Shown here one piece after another: positions 18,393 to 29,352 of a stretch of 64,000 bases of DNA. The notes beneath the pieces were generated by a model. It made no database searches and had not been told where the DNA came from. It saw only the letters and a list, made by a program, of their open reading frames with translations. Numbering within the stretch: position 1 is the stretch's first letter; every line of letters begins with the position of its first letter. The DNA is taken from NCBI GenBank assembly GCA_040222015.1, contig JAVJWO010000096.1, forward strand, positions 1-64,000. The letters run 5' to 3'. Position numbers and translations under genes: made by a program. The DNA comes from Coleofasciculus chthonoplastes F2-STO-03 (lineage in GTDB: Bacteria; Cyanobacteriota; Cyanobacteriia; Cyanobacteriales; Coleofasciculaceae).

Positions 18393-20219
18393 TTATGAGT
18401 CATGAACACGATTCAAACGCAGCCGAAAATATTGACAATACAAATCGCACCGAGGCGTCACCTCATTCCCTTGCAGATTCACCAATCCCATACTATGTAA
18501 CTTAAATCCTTGCATCGGTTCCAATTGTATCGGATAATCAGCCGTAACCACTTTCTTTAAGGCTGTAGCCAACTCAGGATGTTGGGATAAATTCCACATA
18601 AGTCGCCGCAAATGATCGCCATACAATCCAGCATCGGTTGGCGCTGTCGCTAACAGTTGAGTTAACATAATTTCTTGACGGGCGATCGCGTACAGCGCTA
18701 GTCGGACTAAATAGGGATGACCCCCCACCATTGCCATTAGTTGTTCCACCTGATTCGATTCCCAGCCTAATCCGTGACGCTGGGCTAAATCTTGAACTTG
18801 TTCGGCTGCAAATTCCGGTAAATCAATCGGTAATCCCACATTAAAGGGAGACTGATTAATATCCATGGGAATATAAGCTTCCGTTGAATGCACCACGACT
18901 AATCGCAATTTACGCCATATTTCTCTATTTTTCGCCTCTTCATGCCACGATCGCAACAAGCCCAAAAAATCTGCCGCGAGTTCAGGATAATGAAATACCC
19001 GATCCACTTCATCTAACCCTAACACCAATGGTGTGGCAATTGTTGCCAATAAATACCGCTCAAAATAGGACTTACAACTCACCTTACTGCCAAACATTTT
19101 ACTCCAATACTTCTCCAAGCGATCGGGTAATTCTAGTTCGAGGGTAATCACTGCACAAAACCACTGCAAGAAGCGATCTAAATTCGTAAAAACGTTACTA
19201 TCCGCTAATTGAAAACTTAACGGAACGGTGGCATAATTAAGCTGAGTTCCCCGATGTAAAATCCGTGCCATTAACGAGGTTTTGCCCATTTGTCGCGGCG
19301 CTTTAATTCGGATCAAGGAACCGGGTTTAGCCACCGCTTCATAGCAACGCTGTTCAACACCAGGGCGTTCCACATAAAACGCCGAGGCTAATTCGACTTG
19401 TCCTCGGGGTAATTCCGGTTCAGCGACAGGTTGAGGCGGATGATTGGGGGTGAGGGAATAGGCACTGGGAAACGTTGCGGATTTTGGATTGCCTTCTGGG
19501 GTAACGGTTGGTTGATCAGTACAAAGCCAATCCCGAACTGAGTTTAACACAATCGGCGTATCTTCAGGCGATCGCCATTCCTGCTGAGACACGCCTTGGA
19601 GATAACCGCGTAAGTCATGGTTGAGTAATGTCCACGGGCAATTAATCCGAATCGCCAAAATATCGGGTTTCCCCTCTGGATGTTGATCTCGTCGCCGTTT
19701 TGCCCATTGTACCTCTTCGGTTACCATCTCACTGGACGCCGCCAGAGGGGATAATAATAACACCACGCGATCGCAACGGTTTAATTCGGCGTAGATTTGC
19801 TGCAATCCCTGAGTTGCCATGCGGAGACTACTATTGGCAATGAACACCTGACACCCTTGGGCAGTTAACGCCGTTTCTAATTGTATAGCAAGGCTTTTAT
19901 CGGGGTCATTTCCGCAATGATAACTCAGGATAACCTGAGGCTGATTGGTCGCCGCCAGAGTATCCCCTGGGATTAAATTGGGTAAATTATGGGCAATGGC
20001 AGTAATTAACTTAGAACGGTGAGATGATCCTTTATCTTCGTCATTGTTTAGGGCAAATATATGACAGATATTCTGGATATGTTTTCGCACCGTTCCTTGA
20101 GAAATACAGAGTGCCGCCGCAATTTCACTATCATTTTTCCCGGCGACAAATTTCTGTAAAACTTCCTTTTGTCGCTGGGTAAGTTTGGTAAATGCGTTGG
20201 TGAACTCTTGCTGATCCAT
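18393..20219 (-). CDS. LuxR-type HTH + TIR + AAA-like (AAA_35 type) NTPase
   Basis: LTQRQKEVL..GTVRKHIQNI HTH; VILSY..GCQVF..MVTEEV TIR; KAPRQMGKTS Walker A and LGLDEVD Walker B. Confidence 0.85.
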   Translation of the reverse strand: MDQQEFTNAFTKLTQRQKEVLQKFVAGKNDSEIAAALCISQGTVRKHIQNICHIFALNNDEDKGSSHRSKLITAIAHNLPNLIPGDTLAATNQPQVILSYHCGNDPDKSLAIQLETALTAQGCQVFIANSSLRMATQGLQQIYAELNRCDRVVLLLSPLAASSEMVTEEVQWAKRRRDQHPEGKPDILAIRINCPWTLLNHDLRGYLQGVSQQEWRSPEDTPIVLNSVRDWLCTDQPTVTPEGNPKSATFPSAYSLTPNHPPQPVAEPELPRGQVELASAFYVERPGVEQRCYEAVAKPGSLIRIKAPRQMGKTSLMARILHRGTQLNYATVPLSFQLADSNVFTNLDRFLQWFCAVITLELELPDRLEKYWSKMFGSKVSCKSYFERYLLATIATPLVLGLDEVDRVFHYPELAADFLGLLRSWHEEAKNREIWRKLRLVVVHSTEAYIPMDINQSPFNVGLPIDLPEFAAEQVQDLAQRHGLGWESNQVEQLMAMVGGHPYLVRLALYAIARQEIMLTQLLATAPTDAGLYGDHLRRLMWNLSQHPELATALKKVVTADYPIQLEPMQGFKLHSMGLVNLQGNEVTPRCDLYCQYFRLRLNRVHDS

Positions 20220-20476
20220 TATCCTGAGAAACAGTCATCTACTTTAATTGTTGCATAGGATAGCAACTCCCATACCATCATTAAGCATTGGTGATACTTG
20301 CATTGAGCGCTGCCTGTAGCCACACAATTGTTATAAACGATACAGAATAAGCAGGTAGTGTGGCGGCGTCTCCTTCCATAATTAGAAATAAATGGATTTC
20401 ACGCTGTCCAATTTTGTAATAAATTGATAAAAGCGGTGTCAATAATCCCACTATCTTGGAAAAACTTATTTGTCAG

Positions 20477-20740
20477 CTATTCGACAGTACGCCCACCAAA
20501 CCGATGAAACCCCAAAGCCAAAAGTACTAAACTCAAGGCACAAACTGCACTAATGATTTGACCTAAACGTTCTTCCATACCTGCCTTGAGAGTTACCGCA
20601 ATCTGGTGCTGTCCCTGAGGTATTCTTAACGACAGTAAACCTTCTGGTTGGGAAGGCTTTACGGGAAGCTTGTTTGATTCTCCCTTAAATCTCGCTATCC
20701 ATCCTGGATAGTAAAACTGACTCAGGCACAACAACATAAT
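20477..20740 (-). pseudogene. C-terminal remnant of a YfhO-like membrane protein
   Basis: FYYPGW...GLLSLRIPQGQHQI followed by a terminal TM helix. The long N-terminal part is missing. Confidence 0.55.
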
Positions 20741-21099
20741 CCAAGCATCAGTACAAGGCTCAGCTGGAATAGTTATAGTCGATCCGACTAAAATAATTAA
20801 GAAAATTGAAGTGATGTGAATCCGTATGGGAAGATTTGTTAATTTCATTCCTATTACTGGTGATTATTTATACAATCAATAAACTCTAACCCATGTCAGA
20901 TTTTTGTCAAGTACAATTTATACCAAATAAAATAACTTTACCCTGAACTTTATACCGACACAGTTACTCAGGGTTTGGCAAACAAGCTACACTGCCATGA
21001 ACCATAGAGACAAAGCCTTCACCCAAAATTCGAGAATCTTTCATCGAATCAAGATCAGGAGTTGGTTTTGCCACTGCACCTGGAGAAAACTTGACTAGC

Positions 21100-21142
21100 G
21101 CTGAAGCTTAACAAAGATTTAAGATTTTAGTTAAGCTTCAGC
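21100..21142. promoter_or_regulatory. Perfect 13-bp inverted repeat upstream of the glycosylation genes
   Basis: GCTGAAGCTTAAC-N17-GTTAAGCTTCAGC. Confidence 0.5.
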
Positions 21143-21322
21143 TCAAAAACTATTGTAGAATAATATCAGCCTAAATCAATCCACTATTAACTCACGTAAA
21201 AGTCGAATATCCTAAAATCATTGTTCTCTAAAGGATAAGCTCATAACCGAAGAGAAATAATTAAGTCATTCAGATGATTCGGGATGTACTAAATCAGTTG
21301 ATTAATTTAAGGAGAGTAACTT

Positions 21323-22348
21323 ATGGATACTGTTAATCAGGCTGCTGAAGACCTTAAAGGTGACACTGTTTCCCTATCTATAGTGGTTCCTCTTCATAAT
21401 GAGGAGCCTAACCTTGAATACTTATTTGCTCGATTAGAATCAGTCTTGACTTCTTTAAAATTGAGATACGAGATTGTTTGTGTAGATGATGGTAGCAAAG
21501 ATAACACATTAATGTACCTGATTCAACATCACCATCGCAATCCTGCCATTAAGGTAGTCAGTTTATCCCGTAACTTTGGGAAAGAGATAGCTTTAACCGC
21601 AGGGATTGATTACGCAAGTGGAGCGGCTGTCGTACCAATCGATGCCGATTTACAAGATCCACCGGAACTGATCAAAGAACTTGTGGGTAGATGGCATGAA
21701 GGTTTCGACGTGGTTTACGCAACGCGGCGATCGCGTCAAGGGGAAAGCTGGTTAAAACGCTTTACGGCTAACGCTTTTTACCGGGTCATTTCCAGCATAA
21801 GTTCTGTACCCATCCCCCGCAATACCGGAGATTTTCGGTTACTGGATCGACGGGTAGTTGAAATTCTCAAGCGAATGCCAGAACGAACCCGTTTCATGAA
21901 AGGTCTTTTTGCATGGGTTGGTTTTCATCAAATTTCTATCGTATATGATCGATCCCCACGCTATAAAGGAAAAACCAAGTGGAATTATTGGCGGCTTTGG
22001 AATTTTGCTGTTGATGGCATTACATCCTTTACCTTGGTTCCGTTAAAGATCTGGGGGTATGTCGGATTAGTCTTATCTTTGTTTGCTTTTCTTTATGCAG
22101 CTTTTCTGATGATTCGTACTTTAATTTTCGGAATCGTTGTACCCGGTTATGCTTCGTTAATGGTGGTTACGCTTTTTTTAGGAGGAATGCAACTCCTTAC
22201 ACTGGGCATAATTGGTGAATATTTGGGTCGTGTCTATGAGGAAGTCAAACGACGTCCTCTTTATTTAGTTCGAGACTGCTATGGTTTTGCGACTAATTAT
22301 CAACGTAATGATCAAAGTAAACTTGTTGATGGGAGAACAGCTAAGTAG
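21323..22348 (+). CDS. GT2 polyprenol-phosphate glycosyltransferase (GtrB/YkoT-like)
   Basis: VDDGSKD, SRNFGKE, DADLQDPP, TGDFRLLDR, two C-terminal TMs. Confidence 0.92.
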   Translation: MDTVNQAAEDLKGDTVSLSIVVPLHNEEPNLEYLFARLESVLTSLKLRYEIVCVDDGSKDNTLMYLIQHHHRNPAIKVVSLSRNFGKEIALTAGIDYASGAAVVPIDADLQDPPELIKELVGRWHEGFDVVYATRRSRQGESWLKRFTANAFYRVISSISSVPIPRNTGDFRLLDRRVVEILKRMPERTRFMKGLFAWVGFHQISIVYDRSPRYKGKTKWNYWRLWNFAVDGITSFTLVPLKIWGYVGLVLSLFAFLYAAFLMIRTLIFGIVVPGYASLMVVTLFLGGMQLLTLGIIGEYLGRVYEEVKRRPLYLVRDCYGFATNYQRNDQSKLVDGRTAK

Positions 22349-22388
22349 TCGAACAGAAACTTTTGTTCCTTCGTTAAATTGTGTAAAT

Positions 22389-22485
22389 AAGCTGTCAAGC
22401 ATTTAAATTCGGTATGAGTAGCGACTAAAATTATCGTGCAAAACCAATTAATTGTTTACCTGAAGGTTTAAATGCAAAACAGCTT
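22389..22485. mobile_element. MITE-like element
   Basis: Imperfect terminal inverted repeat AAGCTGTCAAGCATTTAAA / TTTAAATGCAAAACAGCTT. Confidence 0.55.
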
Positions 22486-22524
22486 TTCACTTAAATTCTA
22501 TCGGTTGCAAAGGATATTTATATT

Positions 22525-23757
22525 ATGTTTAACTTATCAATTAGGAGAAAAAAGCAATTTAATCGACTGTTGGGCATAACAGTTCTTATTGTTTCCATAG
22601 CTGCATTATATGCGTTTGGCATATATGGTCTAGGACAAGTTGTAGGGACACCGCCAGGAGTTCTTCGTGGAGGAGATTTTCGTTTTTTCTACACGGCTGG
22701 TCAAATTTTTCTCAATGGTCAAAATCCCTATAATCCGGAAATCTTTTCAAGTGCATTTCAGGAGTTGACAGGTGAAACAGTTGATTTAACTCTAGCTTAT
22801 CCACCACAATTTGCACCGTTGTGTATGTTATTTGCACTGCTCGATTATTCGAGCGCACGCATTGCTTTCACATTGCTTAATATCTTAGCAGTAAGCTGTC
22901 TGGCTTTCTTTACAATGCGGCTGGTGACCGATGCAGAGAACCCTAGACCAGCAAGTTTTTTGCCCGTAACGCGATGGCTTATCCCAGCCTTGATTGTGGG
23001 TAATCCTTTCACAGCAAATGTGTTCTGGTTTGGTCAAGCAACGTTAATTGCTGGTGCTGTAATGGTTGGAGGTTGGTATTGTGCCAGACGGAACAAGCCC
23101 TTTTTAGCAGGTTTGCTGTTAGGATTGTCTACGTTTAAGCCTCAATTTTTTATATTCCCAGCTCTGTGGCTATTACTAGATCGCCAATGGAAAATTTTAG
23201 CTTTTACAGGAATAACGTCATTGACTTTATCGTCATATTTTTTGATAACATTAGGTCCAATTTATGCAATTAAAGATTGGCTACATGCATTGTCTATTTA
23301 TCAATCAGCTTCAGTCAACACGTTGGGTTCTATACATGTAACAGGTGTACCCAGTGCTTTGACTTCTTTAGGATTAAATATGCCAGAAACTTTTGTATTG
23401 ATGATAGGAGGAGCAGCGCTCACATTTTTATTTTGGCTGGGTCAGTCTAGGCTTTGCTCTGATGACATTCTAGGAATATTGATGTCGATTCAAATTTGCC
23501 TTTACGCACATAATTACGACATTGTATTATTAGCTCCACTCATCAGCGCCCTCTGGTTGCATATCGCACATCGTCACAAGTTATTGGCTATAGCGGCTAT
23601 AACTCTGCTATTCATTTGTCTGCCTCGACAATTTCTACGTCCTCTAAATATACCCATATTGGAACATTTGCGAGCCATCCTGATTCTTTTTGCCTTTATT
23701 TCATTAGTTGTTTTAAGTTGGCAACAAAAGAAACAGCTTGAAGCAAAAATAATCTGA
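22525..23757 (+). CDS. GT87/DUF2029-like multi-TM glycosyltransferase (GT-C)
   Basis: DF..FY.AG, NPY, AYPPQF, GQ, FKPQF, HNYD motifs. Confidence 0.8.
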   Translation: MFNLSIRRKKQFNRLLGITVLIVSIAALYAFGIYGLGQVVGTPPGVLRGGDFRFFYTAGQIFLNGQNPYNPEIFSSAFQELTGETVDLTLAYPPQFAPLCMLFALLDYSSARIAFTLLNILAVSCLAFFTMRLVTDAENPRPASFLPVTRWLIPALIVGNPFTANVFWFGQATLIAGAVMVGGWYCARRNKPFLAGLLLGLSTFKPQFFIFPALWLLLDRQWKILAFTGITSLTLSSYFLITLGPIYAIKDWLHALSIYQSASVNTLGSIHVTGVPSALTSLGLNMPETFVLMIGGAALTFLFWLGQSRLCSDDILGILMSIQICLYAHNYDIVLLAPLISALWLHIAHRHKLLAIAAITLLFICLPRQFLRPLNIPILEHLRAILILFAFISLVVLSWQQKKQLEAKII

Positions 23758-23880
23758 CGGGGTAAAAATCAAGATTCAAACCCTGCCTCATACCTGATAA
23801 TGGTTTTCATAATTTTAACCTTTTTTAGTAGTGGAAATCATGAACAAGAGTAGCTTTGCAATATTTGAGTTTTAAGGGAG

Positions 23881-26148
23881 ATGTCAATTATGCTAAACAT
23901 TCAATATTTAGTAGATGTGGTGTACTTTATCGTAATTGCGATTAGTCCCATGCCTTTATGTTTGTCTATTGCCTTTATCAATTCATCTGAAAGGTATAAA
24001 AAGTATAACAAAAACCAGACTGAGTCGTTATCATTCAGTAAATTGCTTTTAATAATTACAACAGGTTGGTGTGTTATATCAACTGTAGTATGCCTTTTAT
24101 TAGGAATTTTAGGATGGTTTAATTTAAGATACATCATATATTTTGATGTTATTTTATTCATTAGTGGTATTGGTTTTTGGAGATATCTGAAAATTAATAA
24201 TATTTTGCCATTATACTTTCAACATTTAGTAAAAATAATTCAATCCATCACAAAAAATGAATGGATAATTCTAAGTTCAATCTGTTTTGTCGGACTTGTT
24301 CTCATGGAACGATCGGTGACTCGACCACTGATTGATTATGACTCGTTATGGTATCACTTACCCAATATGGTCAGTTGGTATCAATCATCTTCATTAAAAA
24401 TGGTAGATACAATTGGTGATATAGTCTTTGATCAAACGATTCGCTATCCTTACAATTGGGAGTTATTATCGACCTTATTAGTCATGCCTTTTAGGGATGA
24501 TTTCTTAGTAACCCTTACTAAGGTAATTTCCTGGTTCATTCTGGGAGTTTCTATATATAGAATTAGCCTTCGCTTTGGGGCGAATCGACTTTCTAGTCTA
24601 GCGGCATCTTCTCTAGTTTTAACAACGCCATTTATTTTGTTAACTACAAATACAATGGAGATAGATGTTCCTCTATCTGCATTCTTCTTGGCTAGTCTAT
24701 CTTTTGCTATGGATTATAGTGAACATCGTAAAATGTTGGACTTATCGATGTTTAGTTTATGTTTAGGAATGCTATTAGGAATAAAAACTAGCAGTATTTT
24801 TTATGGGGGGTTATTGGTTGCATTTATCGCTGTCACAGCAGTAATTCATATAGGATTACGCCATAAATCAAGTCATAATTACAAAACTTCAGTTTCTCCG
24901 AAAAAAAATAACATTCTTATTCTAGTAATTACCTTTTTATTGTGTTCTGTTTTATTGTGTTTGTTTTGGTACATCAGGAATTTTGTAGAACTCGGCAATC
25001 CTCTTGGTTATGTGCAAGTGAACCTAGGTGATTTTACAATATTCCCAGGAAAAATAAGCGCAAAAGATATTAAAGCAACCTCCCTCGCTAATTTATTTAA
25101 TCTGACTAACCTATCTCATTGGCAAATAATCGGGATGCAAGCCTTAGTCAGATTACAACTCCCTTTTATCGCGATAATTTTGCAAATTGTGGCAGGATTA
25201 TATATTTTAATAACGAGGAAACGTAAAATCAAACCTCAATTTATTATTGGTATAGCATTATTACTCATCGCTACAGGATGGTTATATTGGAATACACCAG
25301 GTAGTGGTGCACCTGGTTTAGGTGAAGGAAAAGAAATCACAGCGTTTGTCGGCTATGAATTTAGATATGGATTTTCCTTTCTAAGTATCTTAGGTATAGC
25401 AGCGGCAATGAGTGCCACTCTGGCTGCAACTCCTGAAAAAATTATCGTAATACTTGTTACTTTTAGTAGTTTAGCCAGTTTAATGACCTATATACTATCT
25501 GATTTAGTTAAAACAGCGACTTTTACGGGAACCTCAGAAATTCTATGGGCAAGCAAAATTGTTGAATCCATTATTAGTAATCCCAGTCAATTTTTTCAAA
25601 TTCTCAATAATGCCATTGGCAATAGTCTTTTCTCTATTGGAATTTATGGTATCCTTTATATAGGATTAATGCTTCTAATATTTTGGCAACCAAACTACTT
25701 AAAGTTCAATTTAGCTAGTTTGACTACAACTTGGACTCGAAGAACCATTACGGCTTTAATTTGCCTATTGCTACTCACTACCACAAGCATTGTGGCGCGA
25801 GAAAGACGGGATATTCTACGCAAAGAATTCTACGGTGGTATTTATGATTATATTGAACAAAATATATCTCCCACAGAAAGAATTGGGTATTTACTCACTC
25901 ATCGCATTTATCTTTTTTCAGGAAAAAACTGGGATAGGAACGTTGTATACGCAGCACCAGACAGTTCTGAAAGTTTAACTGAATGGATTAATGACCTTAA
26001 AGAAAGAGGGATTAGTGTACTAGCCGTAGGTCCAGTCAGAGATCCGTCAACTAGGGAACTGGCTTGGTTGGAAGCGCCTGATGGATCATTTACCCGTGTT
26101 TTCGGTGAAGATTTTAATCGAGAATCATTAATCTATCGGCTGGATTAA
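23881..26148 (+). CDS. Large multi-TM protein, probable GT-C glycosyltransferase
   Basis: DYDSLWYHLP, YP.N.E, GIKTS, WYIRN..GNP motifs. Visibly AT-rich. Confidence 0.7.
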   Translation: MSIMLNIQYLVDVVYFIVIAISPMPLCLSIAFINSSERYKKYNKNQTESLSFSKLLLIITTGWCVISTVVCLLLGILGWFNLRYIIYFDVILFISGIGFWRYLKINNILPLYFQHLVKIIQSITKNEWIILSSICFVGLVLMERSVTRPLIDYDSLWYHLPNMVSWYQSSSLKMVDTIGDIVFDQTIRYPYNWELLSTLLVMPFRDDFLVTLTKVISWFILGVSIYRISLRFGANRLSSLAASSLVLTTPFILLTTNTMEIDVPLSAFFLASLSFAMDYSEHRKMLDLSMFSLCLGMLLGIKTSSIFYGGLLVAFIAVTAVIHIGLRHKSSHNYKTSVSPKKNNILILVITFLLCSVLLCLFWYIRNFVELGNPLGYVQVNLGDFTIFPGKISAKDIKATSLANLFNLTNLSHWQIIGMQALVRLQLPFIAIILQIVAGLYILITRKRKIKPQFIIGIALLLIATGWLYWNTPGSGAPGLGEGKEITAFVGYEFRYGFSFLSILGIAAAMSATLAATPEKIIVILVTFSSLASLMTYILSDLVKTATFTGTSEILWASKIVESIISNPSQFFQILNNAIGNSLFSIGIYGILYIGLMLLIFWQPNYLKFNLASLTTTWTRRTITALICLLLLTTTSIVARERRDILRKEFYGGIYDYIEQNISPTERIGYLLTHRIYLFSGKNWDRNVVYAAPDSSESLTEWINDLKERGISVLAVGPVRDPSTRELAWLEAPDGSFTRVFGEDFNRESLIYRLD

Positions 26149-26152
26149 GTCT

Positions 26153-26181
26153 ACTCCCACCTCCATGAAGGAGATGGGAGT
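26153..26181. terminator. Hairpin between convergent genes
   Basis: ACTCCCACCTCC-ATGAA-GGAGATGGGAGT. Confidence 0.5.
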
Positions 26182-26242
26182 GAAGTGTTCACTATCTACA
26201 TCTAGGATGCATGGTAACTCAATGAACCATTAACTATGAACT

Positions 26243-27730
26243 TTATCGAGGCAAATCTGTACTCCCCATCAGGTAGCGATCGCACTCACGGGCAGCACCT
26301 CGTCCTTCATTGAATGCCCAAACCACCAAACTTTGACCCCGGCGACAGTCTCCGGCGGCAAAGACACCGGGAATGCTGGTGGCATAGTTCCCATAATCGG
26401 CTTTTATATTACTCCGGGCATTACGTTCTAAGCCCAAGGCATCCAGCAGGGGTTGTTCTGGTCCCAGGAAACCCATGGCTAAGAGGACAAGCTGGGCGGG
26501 AATCACTTTTTCTGTACCCGGAACCGGACTGGGAATAAATCGACCTTGGTCGTTTTTCTGCCACTCAATTTGCACCGTATGCACCGCTTTCACATTTCCC
26601 GCGTCATCCCCCTCAAACTTAGTCGCGGTGGTGAGATAGGAACGGGGATCAGCGCCAAACTTCGCCGCCGCTTCTTCCTGCCCATAATCCAGGCGATAAA
26701 TCTTGGGCCACTCGGGCCAGGGGTTGTCGGGGGCGCGTTCTAGGGGCGGTTGGGGCATGATTTCTAGTTGCACCAGACTCTTGCACCCGTGGCGCAGGGA
26801 CGTACCAACGCAGTCGGTTCCCGTATCACCGCCGCCGATAATCACCACATCTTTGCCTTCGGCGGAGATAAAGTTGCCGTTTTTGCTGTTATCTAAAATG
26901 GCTTTGGTATTGGCAGTCAGGAAATCCATGGCGAAGTGGATACCCTTTAACTCCCGTCCTTCGATGGGTAAGTCCCGTGGCTTGGTTGCGCCGGTGCAAA
27001 GGACTACGGCGTCAAATTCTTTGACTAGATTCTCGGTGGGGAAGTCTTTGCCCACCTCGGTGTTGCAGATAAACTTAACCCCTTCTTGTTCAAGCTGGTC
27101 AAGGCGACGCTGAACGACTTGCTTTTTGTCCAGTTTCATGTTAGGGATGCCATACATGAGTAAGCCGCCGGGACGATCTGCCCGTTCAAATACGGTGATC
27201 CAATGACCGGCTTTATTGAGTTGGGCAGCCGCACAGAGTCCAGCCGGTCCGGACCCCACAATCGCGACTTTTTTCCCGGTGCGCTTGGTTGGGGGTTCGG
27301 GTTCGACCCAGCCTTCCTCCCAGCCTTTGTCAATAATCGAACATTCGATATTTTTGATGGTCACGGGGGGGTTATGGATACCCAAAACACAGGAACCCTC
27401 ACAGGGCGCTGGACAGACGCGACCGGTGAATTCGGGGAAGTTGTTGGTTTTGTGCAAGCGATCGAGTGCCTCGCGCCATCGACCCCGATAAATTAGGTCG
27501 TTCCACTCCGGGATTAGGTTGTTGATTGGGCAACCGCTTGCCATACCCTTGATCATGGTTCCGGTATGGCAAAATGGCGTGCCGCAGTCCATACACCGCG
27601 CCGCCTGAGTTTGGAGTTTTTCCTCTGGCATGGGCAGATGGAACTCATCCCAGTTGCCAATGCGACTGTCGGGTTGCAGTTCTGAGGGCAATTCGCGGAG
27701 ATATTCGATAAAGCCGGTTGGTTTTCCCAT
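26243..27730 (-). CDS. gltD: NADH-glutamate synthase small subunit
   Basis: [47 protein letters not shown]. Confidence 0.97.
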   Translation of the reverse strand: MGKPTGFIEYLRELPSELQPDSRIGNWDEFHLPMPEEKLQTQAARCMDCGTPFCHTGTMIKGMASGCPINNLIPEWNDLIYRGRWREALDRLHKTNNFPEFTGRVCPAPCEGSCVLGIHNPPVTIKNIECSIIDKGWEEGWVEPEPPTKRTGKKVAIVGSGPAGLCAAAQLNKAGHWITVFERADRPGGLLMYGIPNMKLDKKQVVQRRLDQLEQEGVKFICNTEVGKDFPTENLVKEFDAVVLCTGATKPRDLPIEGRELKGIHFAMDFLTANTKAILDNSKNGNFISAEGKDVVIIGGGDTGTDCVGTSLRHGCKSLVQLEIMPQPPLERAPDNPWPEWPKIYRLDYGQEEAAAKFGADPRSYLTTATKFEGDDAGNVKAVHTVQIEWQKNDQGRFIPSPVPGTEKVIPAQLVLLAMGFLGPEQPLLDALGLERNARSNIKADYGNYATSIPGVFAAGDCRRGQSLVVWAFNEGRGAARECDRYLMGSTDLPR

Positions 27731-27938
27731 AGTGATGCCTCAAGTTTAGAGTAGGGTATAGTTGTTGGCTAAGGTGTCATTCGGCGATGGTGATGCAGTC
27801 CCTAGACTATTTTGGCGGCAAATCCTCACCAATCGGTCATTTACGGTGATCGGTGACCAACTAAGGGGATGGAAGACTGTCTAGAGACGTTAAAAGCAGC
27901 ATCTGTACCAAGTCAAAAGTCAAAATCAGAGATATTTT

Positions 27939-27952
27939 GTAGTATTTGTTAC
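27939..27952. promoter_or_regulatory. NtcA-binding site upstream of gltD
   Basis: tGTA-gtatttgt-TACa matches GTA-N8-TAC, about 210 bp upstream of the gltD start. Confidence 0.65.
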
Positions 27953-28252
27953 ATTTTGTCAATCATTTTGGCGTTTAAATGCGAGGTTGAGTTTAATAAA
28001 AGGTTAGATTGGCTGCGGTTCAGTGGCTAGGATTCATTAAGGTTTAGGTTCTGATTGAAGACGGCTAGAGATAGGATACAAAATAATTGCTTCTAGGGTT
28101 TCATATTTTCACATTTTTTTATAAAGCAACCCCGTTTCGTTGGTGTCGGAAGGTGTCGGAAGTTAGTCAGCCCTGAATTAAAATACTCGAAGAGAAGCCG
28201 CTCCGCGTCTACGGGCTAAGAGCTCGCGTCCCGTTAAAACGGGTTAATAACT

Positions 28253-28297
28253 TTAATTGTGTCCACCTACTTATGACAAATGACAAATGACAAATGA
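28253..28297. repeat. MITE-end-like 21-mer followed by TGACAAA heptamer (STRR) repeats
   Basis: TTAATTGTGTCCACCTACTTA is the 20/21 reverse complement of 58364-58384. (TGACAAA)3 follows. Confidence 0.6.
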
Positions 28298-28336
28298 CTT
28301 ATGCCACAATCAAGGCAGTATTTGAGATAATCGGCA

Positions 28337-29158
28337 ATGGCTTGGTCGGCGGGACAGCAGTTGCAACGTGGCAAATATACGATTGAGAAGGAGTTAGGAT
28401 CAGGACGGTTTGGGATAACCTATTTAGCCCGCGATCGCACGTCCCAACGCTGTGTGGTGAAAACCCTGAGTGATACGTTACTCAATCAGCTTACTCCAGC
28501 AGAACTTAATCGACTTCAGGATAAGTTGTGGCAAGAGGCGGTGAAGTTGGCGCAGTGCAAACACCCTCATATTGTCCGGGTTAAAGATTCGTTTAAAGAA
28601 GGTGATCAAGTTTGTCTTGTCATGGAGTATATTCAGGGGCAAGATTTAACCCATGCCAACCGACTGACCGAAAAAGAAGCATTACACTATATTCGCCAGA
28701 TTGGTTCAGCACTGATGGTGGTGCATGAGAATAACTTAGTGCATCGGGATGTTCGACCTGCGAATATTATCATGCGTCAGGGGAAACGGGAGGCGGTGTT
28801 AATTGATTTTGGGTTAGCGGTGGGATTTGATCACCCGTTGACGACAATTAATCCGACAACCGCCGATGGGTTTACACCCCTGGAATTATATCATGTGGAT
28901 GCCGAACGCGGCGCTTATACGGATGTGTATTCCTTAGCCGCGACATTGTATCAATTATTAACCGGAGAAAAACCGCCCAGTGTCCGCGATCGCAGTTTGG
29001 CAAGGGCTAAATTAAAGCCACCTCAAGACGTGAATCCCCAAATGAGCGATCGCACAAATCAGGCGATTCTCCGAGGGATGGCGTTAGCCCCCGAAGAACG
29101 CCCGCTGAAATATTGCGTGCTTTCCCTGACATGGGAGAAGGAGAACCGAAATAATTAA
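28337..29158 (+). pseudogene. Ser/Thr protein kinase, C-terminally truncated
   Basis: GSGRFG, VVKTL, HRDVRPAN, DFG, TPLE, DVYSL. After EERP the frame runs into intergenic repeat sequence. Confidence 0.75.
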
Positions 29159-29352
29159 TGATAAAAAATGTAGCTGGCTATATCTTATCTTGCTCCCCTC
29201 TCCCCGGCGTGGGAAAGTCAACAGGCAATAGGCAACAGGCAACAATTTTAGAGTGGGCTGTTCAACCACAAATGAGGTAAAATCGGATGGGGAGTATCTG
29301 ACTGAATAATTTCCCAGAAAATAATTCCCCGTAATGGTAAAAGCAACTGGCT

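Noticed and set aside
26314..27596. Numerous short overlapping ORFs inside gltD (likewise within gltB, purB, chlB and others)
   Set aside because: These are shadow frames of well-supported genes with no independent evidence.
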